Positions 1-8,899 of a stretch of DNA of 64,000 nt are shown here, piece by piece; position 1 is the stretch's first letter, and the number at the start of each line of letters is the position of its first letter. This DNA is from a virus (lineage: Duplodnaviria; Caudoviricetes), in IMG/VR virus record IMGVR_UViG_3300021387_001585, positions 32,001 through 96,000 of that record. The stretch is one strand, 5' to 3'. The notes beneath the pieces were generated by a model. The model ran no database searches. It was not told the origin of the DNA and saw only the letters and a program-made list of their open reading frames with translations. The position numbers were made by a program, and so were the translations under genes.

Positions 1-1012
1 TTGAATAAGGATGCCGTTCGTCGTTGTCAGGAATCGCAGTGCCAGGGGTGAGCACGTCGGTGAGTGCCGCATCGGCATACCACTGGTGAGAAAGATCATC
101 CTCGCCCGTGACATTCCACCACGTCCACTTGTTGGAGCCGTAGATGTCTTTCGGCTCATATTTCTTCGTGCCCCAAGGGTATGGGAACATAAAGATGGGG
201 TAGTTTCTTGTGGCCCTCACGATGCGGGCGCACTCGCCTCCCTGCTTCGGCTCAACACGCTGGATGAACCGTGCTACGGGTTGAACGCCAAACAGACGTT
301 CCACCTCCGCACCCCACTGGGCAATGGTCTTCACTTCGGCCTTCTTCGGGTCGCGGTAGTAGCCCGCACCCAGCGAGCAACGGTAAAGGGCTTCACCTGT
401 ATCAGGGTCAAACTGGGTGACGACATCGTCTCTCTTGATTTCCGATTTCTCAGAATATTCGGAATATTCCGACTTCTTGATCTTGCGTGAGGCAATCGTC
501 ACTTTCAGACCCAAGGCTTTCAGGTGTTCTTCCGTCCACTCTCCACGCTCAAAGAGAGGAGCATCACCAGACCAGTCGGCATATTGCGGTTCTGACGCAC
601 GGAACTCCGTCATACCCACCAATGCGGTGCGTAGCTTGTCAGTATGCCATTTGCCATCGCCGTTGCCCTCGTCCTCCAGGACTACGTCGTCGCAGCGTGT
701 CGCCAGTTCTCTGAGAACGCCGTCAAGTTCTTTTCCCGACACCTGACCGCTCGGCTTTCCCATCAGCCTGGCAGCCAACTGCACAGCGCCATAGCCCGTC
801 TGGCCGCACGCAGCCCCAAAGCACTTGAAGCCAAGGTCGGTGGCACCATGCCGCACCTTCTTGTCGACCGCGAACGACTCGTGCTTTTCCTCGTGGAACG
901 GGCACAAATACCATGCCGATGCTTCGTTCTCTCGCCTCGGCACGTATCCCCACGCTCGCATCACCTCCACGAGCGGCAGACTGTTCAATATGTTGAAATT
1001 CTTTTCTGTCAT
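1..1012 (-). CDS. DNA primase-like protein with N-terminal CHC2 zinc finger (runs off the window start)
   Basis: Not in the ORF track. Translated by hand from ATG at 1012: MTEKNFNILNSLPLVEVM...YLCPFHEEKHESF...FKCFGAACG, open to base 1. CPFH..C..C is the CHC2 motif of DnaG-type primases. Confidence 0.7.
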   Translation of the reverse strand, partial: MTEKNFNILNSLPLVEVMRAWGYVPRRENEASAWYLCPFHEEKHESFAVDKKVRHGATDLGFKCFGAACGQTGYGAVQLAARLMGKPSGQVSGKELDGVLRELATRCDDVVLEDEGNGDGKWHTDKLRTALVGMTEFRASEPQYADWSGDAPLFERGEWTEEHLKALGLKVTIASRKIKKSEYSEYSEKSEIKRDDVVTQFDPDTGEALYRCSLGAGYYRDPKKAEVKTIAQWGAEVERLFGVQPVARFIQRVEPKQGGECARIVRATRNYPIFMFPYPWGTKKYEPKDIYGSNKWTWWNVTGEDDLSHQWYADAALTDVLTPGTAIPDNDERHPYS

Positions 1013-1109
1013 AATGAATAAAAACGGGAAGCGGTAGTGCAAGCTTTACTGCTTGACCGCAGGCTTTCGCCTCTTATCAGCACTTCTTCCCGTCGGGTAT
1101 GCGAGATTT

Positions 1110-1412
1110 CTATATATTGAGGGCAGTTTTATTGTCATTGAGCAACTCGTCACGAAGGGGTTCGAGCAACGCCCTATATAGCACGCGCTTCTCGTCGGGG
1201 ATGTCCGACTCCTCGATGGTTGCCAGCATAAGGTATGATTGTGGTATGCCGAAAGCCTGGCACATCTTCTCCACGGTGCTCTTCGGCGGGAAAGATTTGC
1301 CTGTTTCAATCGAGCATATTGCATTCGTGCTCATGCCACACCGCTCCGCCAGTTGGGTTTGCGTAAAGCCGTTCTTCAGGCGAAGCGTCTTGATTGCTTG
1401 TCCTACGTCCAT
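1110..1412 (-). CDS. XRE-family HTH transcriptional regulator
   Basis: MDVGQAIKTLRLKNGFTQTQLAERCGMSTNAICSIETGKSFP is a typical Cro/C1 HTH. Start moved to ATG 1412 because the upstream extension overlaps a tRNA-like element. Confidence 0.85.
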   Translation of the reverse strand: MDVGQAIKTLRLKNGFTQTQLAERCGMSTNAICSIETGKSFPPKSTVEKMCQAFGIPQSYLMLATIEESDIPDEKRVLYRALLEPLRDELLNDNKTALNI

Positions 1413-1433
1413 TTTTTCTTTTGAATTGATTCG

Positions 1434-1595
1434 TCGAGGGAGCAGGACTCGAACCTGCGATACGGGAACCAAGCGACTTTCGGGTGCGCACCCCACCATC
1501 ATTTACAATTTCCGCAGGCCGCTATTCTATGCGCATCTTATTCGCGGCCGTCTCCCGCGCCAAAGCGGGTGTGTTACCAGTTACACCATCCCTCG
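1434..1595 (-). tRNA. tRNA-Pro(UGG)-like element with a 95-nt variable region and a 6-nt anticodon loop
   Basis: Acceptor CGAGGGA/UCCCUCG-A, D-arm GUGU-AACUGGUA-ACAC, anticodon stem CCCGC-UUUGGC-GCGGG, T-arm GCAGG-UUCGAGU-CCUGC. The variable region spans 1459-1553. Confidence 0.7.
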
Positions 1596-1708
1596 GTAAA
1601 ATGCCCCTCCGCTGAGGGGGCCGGTTGATTGAATATTCTTCTTTTACACCATGACTAAGCGTCTACCCTCACGGGCTATCATCTCATGTGTTTTCTGCAC
1701 AGACGATG

Positions 1709-2791
1709 TTATATTGCCTTATCTGTCTGAATAACCTTGTATTTCTCCTCTAGTTTTTTGAATCCCTCCTCCATTTCCCGCTGTTTTTTCGCCTCTTGTT
1801 CTCGCTCCGACTCTTCCAAGACGTGCTCGTAAAGCGCCTTCGACTTCGGGTTCAAGTCCAATGCTTCCCTGGCAGCATTGTCGATGATGTCGTCGTCGCG
1901 CAGGTCGTCCATGAACTTTAACCAAGCCTGTTTAAAACGCAGGTTTTTCGACGGTGCAAATCCTTCAAGCGCATAATAGCCATACTGGTCCTTGCACGTC
2001 TTGATGCCGAGTGCGTCGCATAACATCGCAAACCTCTTGACCATTGGCTGAAGATCGTCAGCAGCAAAGCAACGAGAGAAGTCTATCCCCAGCTCTTTCC
2101 TGAAATCGTCAAAGAAGTGCTCATACGATGCTCCAGCCACCTCGCCCATCAACAATGCCACACAACACCGTGCTTTCAGTTCCACGTCGCGCCAGCGCAG
2201 GTAAATCATGTAGTCACGCAATGCCTCGTAGACCTTCTCCATCTTCGGCTCCACAGCATCGTAGGCCAAATCCATGTGGTCCTGTAGCACGAACCATGCC
2301 GTGCGTTCCGTATCAAGGCGGCGAGGGCGCACGTAGCTCTCCCATAAAGCCTCTGTCTGCGACTGGCATTTCTTTATGGCAAACCGCAGGCGACCTTCTC
2401 GTTCAAGCAAGTCGTAGACCCTGACCATCGCCTGATGCAACACGTAGTTCACGCGGTGGATAATGATAAACAACGACTTCGCCTTTTCAAAGCCTTCGTT
2501 CAAATCGGCAAAGGTAACGCGCTCGCTATCGACATCGACCTTTCCCAGTATCTCCTGCAGCGACAGCACCCAATCCGCAAAATGCGAACCATCCACCAGG
2601 TTCAGACCGTTGTCGGAGATGTACTGGTTCACCAACTTTGGGTTCGTCATCCACAGCACAGGCATCTTGTTGCCGAGTGCGGTAATATCTTCCGGCGGCA
2701 TCGCCGGCCTGTTCAGCAACAGGCTGATGTTGCCAGCAAGCCCCCTTGCAATTTCACGCTTTTTCCCCATAGTAGTCAATTTCTGCACCAT
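1709..2791 (-). CDS. hypothetical protein
   Basis: 360-aa ORF co-oriented with neighbours; no recognised motif. Confidence 0.75.
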   Translation of the reverse strand: MVQKLTTMGKKREIARGLAGNISLLLNRPAMPPEDITALGNKMPVLWMTNPKLVNQYISDNGLNLVDGSHFADWVLSLQEILGKVDVDSERVTFADLNEGFEKAKSLFIIIHRVNYVLHQAMVRVYDLLEREGRLRFAIKKCQSQTEALWESYVRPRRLDTERTAWFVLQDHMDLAYDAVEPKMEKVYEALRDYMIYLRWRDVELKARCCVALLMGEVAGASYEHFFDDFRKELGIDFSRCFAADDLQPMVKRFAMLCDALGIKTCKDQYGYYALEGFAPSKNLRFKQAWLKFMDDLRDDDIIDNAAREALDLNPKSKALYEHVLEESEREQEAKKQREMEEGFKKLEEKYKVIQTDKAI

Positions 2792-3083
2792 GATTGCGCA
2801 GCGCGAGCTGCATGCGTTGTATTTCTTCGTCCTTCTCCTCGATTCGCCGACGCAGGTTTTCTACCAACCGCTGTTCGTTGGCCGCTTGCCCCCTGGCTTC
2901 GTCGAGCAGTTCCTGGGACTTATAGTATAAATCTGTCAGCGTAGCTACATTCTCCGCCACCTTCTCGTACTGCTCACGCAGTTCAGCTAGTTCAGCGCGG
3001 AACGGGTTCCTGCCCAGCAGGGCACGAAACAAGTTTCGTAGGTAGCGCCTTAATGTTTCAAAAATGTGACTTTTTTGTCTCAT
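2754..3083 (-). CDS. hypothetical coiled-coil protein
   Basis: 109-aa E/R/L-rich ORF downstream of a TATCTTTG promoter motif at about 3122-3129 (-). Confidence 0.7.
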   Translation of the reverse strand: MRQKSHIFETLRRYLRNLFRALLGRNPFRAELAELREQYEKVAENVATLTDLYYKSQELLDEARGQAANEQRLVENLRRRIEEKDEEIQRMQLALRNHGAEIDYYGEKA

Positions 3084-3195
3084 AAATGCGGATTTTTGGA
3101 AAAATAATTGTAACTTTGGTGCAAAGATACAATAATTTTGTGAATCGCCGCAATAATTTTATGATTTTTTGTCTTAATTTTATAGTAATACGTAT

Positions 3196-3903
3196 TTGCT
3201 TATGAACATTCAACTCAACAACAAACTCATCAGCAGCTTGGGTGATGTCCTTGGAATGCCCACGTCGGAGATGATTGCAGCCACTGTCACCAACCGCTCA
3301 ACATGGTATCGCATCATGCACCAGCCAGAGGTCATCACGGTGCAGCAGCTGCTTGCCATCTCTAACGGTCTACACATTCCCGTGCGGCGGTTTTTCTCGT
3401 CAGGGAAAGCTGACTTCATCGGAAAAAAGAGCGACTATGTCACTGACCCCTATCTGCCATGCCACTACGAAGCCGAGACACTGCAAGAATTTGTCAGTAC
3501 ACGCCCGTCAGCGACCTGGAAGCATGCAGCAAAAGTCACAGGCATGAGCCGCGATAACCTGCGAAACTCATTGCTGGCCATCAGGCGCACTCCTGTCACG
3601 CGTTTTCTCGCTGTGTGCAACGCGTTTGAGGTTGACCCGTTCAGCATCTTGTCTGACCCGAATCCTCAGCTGACTCGGCAGAAGGGGCGAAATAAAGATG
3701 ATGAACTAAGAACCGAGATTAGTTCCTTGCGTAAGGAGATTCTGATGCTCTCCTCGGCCGTCGACGAATTGAAAAAAAAATACGAGACTCTGCTTGCCGA
3801 CCACAACGACCTGGCCAAGCGCGTGAACATCAACAGCGTAAACATACAGAACTTTACCGACAGCAGCCTTAGCATCGCGGCCGATCACCTGGACCCGCGC
3901 TAA
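3196..3903 (+). CDS. putative repressor with two HTH-like repeats and a C-terminal coiled coil
   Basis: The only credible + strand gene in the first 34 kb, divergent from 2754-3083. Two HTH-like segments (TNRSTWYRIM..ITVQQLLAISNGLHIP; TGMSRDNLRNSL..VTRFLAVCNAFEVDP). Confidence 0.6.
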   Translation: MLMNIQLNNKLISSLGDVLGMPTSEMIAATVTNRSTWYRIMHQPEVITVQQLLAISNGLHIPVRRFFSSGKADFIGKKSDYVTDPYLPCHYEAETLQEFVSTRPSATWKHAAKVTGMSRDNLRNSLLAIRRTPVTRFLAVCNAFEVDPFSILSDPNPQLTRQKGRNKDDELRTEISSLRKEILMLSSAVDELKKKYETLLADHNDLAKRVNINSVNIQNFTDSSLSIAADHLDPR

Positions 3904-3905
3904 AC

Positions 3906-3944
3906 AAAAAAAAAGGCTGCCTCGCTATCACAGCGAAGCAGCCC
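3906..3944 (-). terminator. intrinsic terminator between convergent genes
   Basis: GGCTGCCTCGCT-ATCAC-AGCGAAGCAGCC hairpin with an adjacent A-run (U-tract on the minus strand). A related hairpin lies at 15386-15420. Confidence 0.7.
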
Positions 3945-4023
3945 CAAACTCAAAATCATTTAGTTATGACACTAAATGTGCTTTTACGTGCGCGTGCGCA
4001 CGTTATGGTGATAGGTGTGTGAA

Positions 4024-4239
4024 TTACAAACCTCCGTATTCCTCGCCCATTTCCATGTAGGCGATGAGTTCGCGGAGTTCGTTTAGCACTTCGTCGAAGA
4101 CCTTGGAGTCGCGTATCTCTCGCAACTCCGAGGCTTCCATAAATTTATAGAGTTCCTGAAAATCGGCTTTCGTGCCTGTGATTTTCAGAGTCGCCGTGTA
4201 ATCTTTCTTCGGCGGATGAGTGGTGAAGTCGGTAGTCAT
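4024..4239 (-). CDS. hypothetical protein
   Basis: Short ORF overlapping the next gene by 4 nt (coupled). Confidence 0.6.
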   Translation of the reverse strand: MTTDFTTHPPKKDYTATLKITGTKADFQELYKFMEASELREIRDSKVFDEVLNELRELIAYMEMGEEYGGL

Positions 4240-4487
4240 TGCTCGTCTGCTTTTTCCAAAAGCTCTATGTCACCGCATACTCTCGGCATAGCCAGTCCGT
4301 TGATGCCACGGCTAATCGAATACAATCTGTCGCGTAGCGCATAGAGTGTTGCACCTACTTCATCATCTACAACACCGTCATTATTTGGGAAGAGTTCGTC
4401 AAGGAGACCTGTTTCACCCTGACCCAGCCAATGGTTTAAATCGTTGTAAAAAGACTCTGCTTTTTCAAGAAATTCTGCTGCTTTCAT
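4236..4487 (-). CDS. hypothetical protein
   Basis: 83-aa ORF in a coupled minus-strand run. Confidence 0.6.
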   Translation of the reverse strand: MKAAEFLEKAESFYNDLNHWLGQGETGLLDELFPNNDGVVDDEVGATLYALRDRLYSISRGINGLAMPRVCGDIELLEKADEQ

Positions 4488-4505
4488 ATTTCGTTTCCTT
4501 TCAAG

Positions 4506-4970
4506 TTAGTTGAAGTAATCGTAGAGATAGGCGATGCGTCCGTCGCTCAACACTTTCTTGTCAAACACAAAGATATACTTATCACGGTCGGTCTCTCCTG
4601 GAGATGGAACTTCAAACCAGTCGACGTGTTTAAACTTTCCATCTCCCACCTTACGGAAGTACACATCGCTTTCGGCCTTATAATGACCGAAATCGAATAT
4701 CTCACCACTCATGGTCGTATGATAGTCAGAGTCTTCATCCCAAAATGTGTAGCTCTGGTTCATTCCGTGCCCATCCAATTCCGTCCGGACGAACTTTACC
4801 CCAACAGGACTGTCAAGCAAATTTTCCTCGGCGGCAGTGAACACGTCAATGATACTGTCTTCTGGTTCAAATTCAAAGTCGTTGTTCACGACTGCGGACT
4901 GGATAACCCCAAGTAGATAATTCTTTTTTGCCATAATGATTATGAGTTTTGTTTGTTGTAGCCGATGCAA
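4506..4970 (-). CDS. hypothetical acidic protein (true start probably MAKKNY)
   Basis: ORF track; promoter motif at about 4967-4974. Confidence 0.65.
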   Translation of the reverse strand: MHRLQQTKLIIIMAKKNYLLGVIQSAVVNNDFEFEPEDSIIDVFTAAEENLLDSPVGVKFVRTELDGHGMNQSYTFWDEDSDYHTTMSGEIFDFGHYKAESDVYFRKVGDGKFKHVDWFEVPSPGETDRDKYIFVFDKKVLSDGRIAYLYDYFN

Positions 4971-5340
4971 AGATACGGCATTTTTTTGATTTGCGCAATA
5001 GTTGGACGGGAATATTTTCCCGTCTGCTTACCCGCGCTTCATGCAGGCCAGAAGAAACAGGACTGTGACGATCCAGTTCTCGACGGTGCTGTCGCCGTCG
5101 CCACCGCAAGAGGTAAGCATAAGTGACGCTGCCACGACGGGCAGCAAGTTTGAAACAATCTTGATAACTTTCTTCATTTCGCTTTGTTTTTGGGTTATTT
5201 GTTGATGGTTACTGTCAGCCCGTTGCGTCGGGCTTTGTCGTGGAAGTCCTGGCGCACCGCCTCGGTGGGGAACCACGCCAGTTCGTGTCGTTCCCGACCG
5301 TCGGCAGTACGCAGGGTGAGTTCATAGATACCCGTCATAG

Positions 5341-5658
5341 TCAGTCCTCTGTGATACAGTTCTCTCTGAGGGAGTGGAGAATATGCCGGATAATTCGCTG
5401 CTTGGTGCGTTCATCGGTCGTGTTCGCCAGATTTCTCAGGCATGACTCGATGTTTTGATAGAGATACTGGCTTATCGCCATATTGCTTTCATCCACCACA
5501 TGAAAATGCACCAACTCTAAGTGCTCGCCGTCGCTGACGTGCGTCTCGGCTTTCACTCTGGATGCCTCTTCCCTGTCTTTGTAAAGGGGGTCTAAAATCT
5601 CATGGTCAAAGTCGCCATGCTCATCTGACCAAATCTTCATTATTCCGTGTACTTGCAT
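5341..5658 (-). CDS. hypothetical protein
   Basis: ORF track; AT-rich leader. Confidence 0.6.
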   Translation of the reverse strand: MQVHGIMKIWSDEHGDFDHEILDPLYKDREEASRVKAETHVSDGEHLELVHFHVVDESNMAISQYLYQNIESCLRNLANTTDERTKQRIIRHILHSLRENCITED

Positions 5659-5669
5659 AGTGTCATGTT

Positions 5670-5906
5670 TTATGCGTCGATAACTTGTTGTATTGTGTCG
5701 ATAACATCGCCATCCAGATTGTCAATGGCAGCCTGAAGGTTGTCGATGTTTTCCTGCATGGCTTCGCCACGCTCACTCTCCTGAAGACTTTCCGGCAGGT
5801 TGTCGTAGGCTTCCTGCTCTTCGTCCATGACGGCCTCGATGCCGTCCTTGATTTCATTCAGCTGGTCGATCAGGTCTTCCAGCTGCTTACGTCTTACTTT
5901 GTTCAT
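5670..5906 (-). CDS. small acidic coiled-coil phage protein
   Basis: MNKVRRKQL...EEQEAYDNLPESLQESERGEAM resembles a pattern common in phage hypotheticals. Confidence 0.75.
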   Translation of the reverse strand: MNKVRRKQLEDLIDQLNEIKDGIEAVMDEEQEAYDNLPESLQESERGEAMQENIDNLQAAIDNLDGDVIDTIQQVIDA

Positions 5907-5927
5907 AGTTGCTTACTTGTTTCAAAT

Positions 5928-6200
5928 TCATTCTCCCAAGTCGTTGAAATACTCTGTCCAGCTATCGTGGCACCACAAGTGATGCTCAGGGTCATACGGC
6001 CAGCAGTGGCCATCGTTTCCAAACTCGTCAGTGATAACACCTACCATGTGTTTTGCATCTGGCTGATACTCGTTTTCCGGATAAGGTGTATCTCTTTCGC
6101 ATTTATAGGTGTTACCTTTCTTGTAATAGACCTTACGAACTTTCCCAATTACACTTTTCTTGCATAGAAATCTGTGTCCTTTAATCAGTCTTGGTTCCAT
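5928..6200 (-). CDS. hypothetical protein
   Basis: ORF track. Confidence 0.6.
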   Translation of the reverse strand: MEPRLIKGHRFLCKKSVIGKVRKVYYKKGNTYKCERDTPYPENEYQPDAKHMVGVITDEFGNDGHCWPYDPEHHLWCHDSWTEYFNDLGE

Positions 6201-6459
6201 AGTTTTTATTTTTTTCTTTCACTCCAAACATTTCGAGGTTACGGCTCTCCATGATGACTATCGGTGACATGTTTAATGCCTTGCCCAACTTGCTTGCCAT
6301 CTCTGGAGTGATTGGTCTTCTCCCGTTCAGGAGTTTGTAGAAGTTCATCGGGTGTTCGTCAACCAGTTCAGCAAGTTCTTGAACATCCATTCCTCTGTAT
6401 CTCATAACGGCTTCTACTAATCGGCCTGTCGTAAGATACTTTGTCTCTTGCCTTGCCAT
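6181..6459 (-). CDS. HigA-like HTH DNA-binding protein
   Basis: RGMDVQELAELV...KLLNGRRPITPEMASKLGKALNMSP matches the HigA/XRE pattern. No adjacent toxin recognised. Confidence 0.75.
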   Translation of the reverse strand: MARQETKYLTTGRLVEAVMRYRGMDVQELAELVDEHPMNFYKLLNGRRPITPEMASKLGKALNMSPIVIMESRNLEMFGVKEKNKNYGTKTD

Positions 6460-6643
6460 AATGATTTTGAGTTTTACTTGATTGTCATGCTACACGTTTG
6501 TATCTGTTGCGAGAGTAGTAAGGCGTATGCCAGTTAGTGCGATATACGGTCTTACGCTTCGCCCTCGGCACGATGGCCGCGTCGAGACGCATCAATCAGC
6601 TGGCGCATTTCTGCGTCGATGTAACCAGGACATTCCATAGGTG

Positions 6644-7714
6644 TCACAGCTTGGTTTGTTCATCCGCCGTTGACTCCGCATAACTCAGGCCGAAACATTC
6701 TCTCCGGTGGTTCTGCAGGGCCTGCTCCTCCGTCAAGCCGTATGCTACACGGCATGTGCCAGCGTCACCGTTCTTGCAGTACGAGTAGAGAATATGGGTA
6801 GGTTTTTCCAGGATCTCCCCAGTCCGTTCGTCCACATAGGGCTCACTGTGCAGGCTGTTTGATTTCATCGCGTCGCTCAGAGTGAGGAATGACGGCAGGT
6901 CTTCCTCGTCGTAGACGTTGCCGACCTCGTTGATGACGTAGCGCCATTCCTCCCTGAAGAGTTTCATTTTATTCTCAATCTCCCGCTGTTCTGCCTTGTT
7001 GGCCCAGCGTGCCAGCTGTCGTCCGTTGACTCCCTTGGCCTCACGGATATAGCCGAGTGCTTTCAGTCGTTCCCACTCGTTTACCACGAAGTCAACTACC
7101 GGTCGGCGCATGTGAGGACAACCGGTACCGATGTCATCGAGGTCTATGCGGCGGTTCTGAATGCAGATGCGGTTGCAGGCAGCATTTTCGGCACTGGCTT
7201 TGTCTTTGTACAAGTCCTTGCGCTTGGTGGTCAGCAGGTCACGCAATGTCGTGGCAAGTCCTGCGGGATAGAAGTCGCGGTACAGCTGGCGCTCATCCTC
7301 TTCCGATACTGTCACCAAGATGTCTCCGTAGTTGTCAGTCCAACGGTACTTGCACGACTGCATGTTGCGGAACATCGTTTCCATCTTCCCGACACTACCC
7401 TTCTCCACCTTGCCGGAGATGTCTTGCGGATGACAGTAAAGATACTGTGCTCCCTTTATTAGCTCTGGGCATGCGCCGGGGCCATATTTCTCTTTTCGTA
7501 GCTTCCATCCGTCTGCCAGTAGCAGTTGCACCACCTCATTGTCGAAGGCGGTGACGGCTCGCTGCTCTGCATCACGAGCTTCTGGGCTGTAATCGTTCAG
7601 GGCGCGGTTATATTCCGGGATGTCGATTCGGTAATGCACGTCGGCCAGTAACTGCCGGCCACAACCCTCGTATTTTTTCACTTTGGGTCTCAGGTCAATT
7701 ATTGTTGTTTCCAT
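6644..7714 (-). CDS. hypothetical protein
   Basis: 356-aa ORF with an AT-rich Bacteroidetes-style leader. Confidence 0.75.
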   Translation of the reverse strand: METTIIDLRPKVKKYEGCGRQLLADVHYRIDIPEYNRALNDYSPEARDAEQRAVTAFDNEVVQLLLADGWKLRKEKYGPGACPELIKGAQYLYCHPQDISGKVEKGSVGKMETMFRNMQSCKYRWTDNYGDILVTVSEEDERQLYRDFYPAGLATTLRDLLTTKRKDLYKDKASAENAACNRICIQNRRIDLDDIGTGCPHMRRPVVDFVVNEWERLKALGYIREAKGVNGRQLARWANKAEQREIENKMKLFREEWRYVINEVGNVYDEEDLPSFLTLSDAMKSNSLHSEPYVDERTGEILEKPTHILYSYCKNGDAGTCRVAYGLTEEQALQNHRRECFGLSYAESTADEQTKL

Positions 7715-7728
7715 AATGATTTTGAGTT

Positions 7729-8370
7729 TTATTGTTTGTCAGTTGCCATTTTACTAATTGCATCCAGACCGCCAAGGATGTCGCGCACCATCTTGCGGAA
7801 TGGGTAGCGGTCGAACAGTGTGATGTCACGGCATTCGATATTGTCATTTTCATCTTTGAACTCGCAGCAGAAGTTCAATGCTTCCTCATAGTGCTCGAAC
7901 AGCGGGCTCCCGCTATCCTCGCAGTCGAGGTTCGGGTCGAAGCCGATGCAGAAAACCTTGCCGTCAGGGAAATTAGGCCGGCGCTCGTCTTGGATGGAGT
8001 GCGTCAGGTTGATGGAGCACTCTTCGAGGCGAAGCACGAACCGCCCGTCGCTTTCCATGCTCCACTCGACACCCGGCAACTCCCGGCCTTTGCATGCACC
8101 GTAGTTGTAGAACATCTGCAAGCGCTGGTAAAGCAGGCGGAGCAAGCTGGTCATATCCTTCACCTTGTAATACTTCATCCCGTCACGTGTTCTCACGTTC
8201 TCATTCAGCATGAGTTGCAGGGGAACCAGTTCACAGAACAGCCCGCTGTGCTCCACGGCATTTGCAAACGTATCGCTCCCCTGCAGTTCGTCCGTAGCAG
8301 CACACAAAGCATGGAGAAGCGCTTCACAAGTCTCAATAGAGAGGCGGTTAAAGTCTTTCGTTGTTGCCAT
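7729..8370 (-). CDS. hypothetical protein
   Basis: 213-aa ORF. Confidence 0.7.
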   Translation of the reverse strand: MATTKDFNRLSIETCEALLHALCAATDELQGSDTFANAVEHSGLFCELVPLQLMLNENVRTRDGMKYYKVKDMTSLLRLLYQRLQMFYNYGACKGRELPGVEWSMESDGRFVLRLEECSINLTHSIQDERRPNFPDGKVFCIGFDPNLDCEDSGSPLFEHYEEALNFCCEFKDENDNIECRDITLFDRYPFRKMVRDILGGLDAISKMATDKQ

Positions 8371-8382
8371 TGTCGTTTTGTT

Positions 8383-8877
8383 TTAAAGTTTCAGTAAAAT
8401 ATCGTCAATATCTCCTTCGTTCTCCCACCAGCCTTCGGGCAGGTCGTTGTCCTGTCCGTATTCCTCCAGCAGGTCGATGACCTTGCCGTCTTCGGTCACA
8501 CAGTCGCCAGGCGCCATGTGGTAACGGTAACTGCGGTCCACCTGAGCACGGATTATCGCCACTGTTTCCTCGCCCAGCTGCTCACGAACGTAGTCAAGAG
8601 CGGGTTTCAGAGGATCAGTATCGGCATCCTCCTCGCACTCGCTGACCTCGTAGATGTCGAAGTCTGTGCAACTGTCGGGTGTCGTGCAATACTGGTAGGG
8701 GTTACTGTCGAGCTTTTCTTTTGCAAGTTGCTCGGCCTGCTCTTCATTCTCCGCATCAATGTAGATGCGCTTGGTGACGCGGAAATCCACGTCGATTGCA
8801 AACTGTTTAGTCATAACTAAATTCGATTTTGATTGTTTTTGATTCCGTTTTTTGTAGCTTTCCTGCAAATGCAGCAC
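8383..8877 (-). CDS. hypothetical acidic protein (true start probably MTKQFAI near 8814)
   Basis: ORF track. Confidence 0.65.
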   Translation of the reverse strand: MLHLQESYKKRNQKQSKSNLVMTKQFAIDVDFRVTKRIYIDAENEEQAEQLAKEKLDSNPYQYCTTPDSCTDFDIYEVSECEEDADTDPLKPALDYVREQLGEETVAIIRAQVDRSYRYHMAPGDCVTEDGKVIDLLEEYGQDNDLPEGWWENEGDIDDILLKL

Positions 8878-8899
8878 TTAGAATGTGATTTTATCACGA

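Noticed and set aside
6181-6459. HigBA toxin-antitoxin pair
   Set aside because: No RelE/HigB-like neighbour was recognised.
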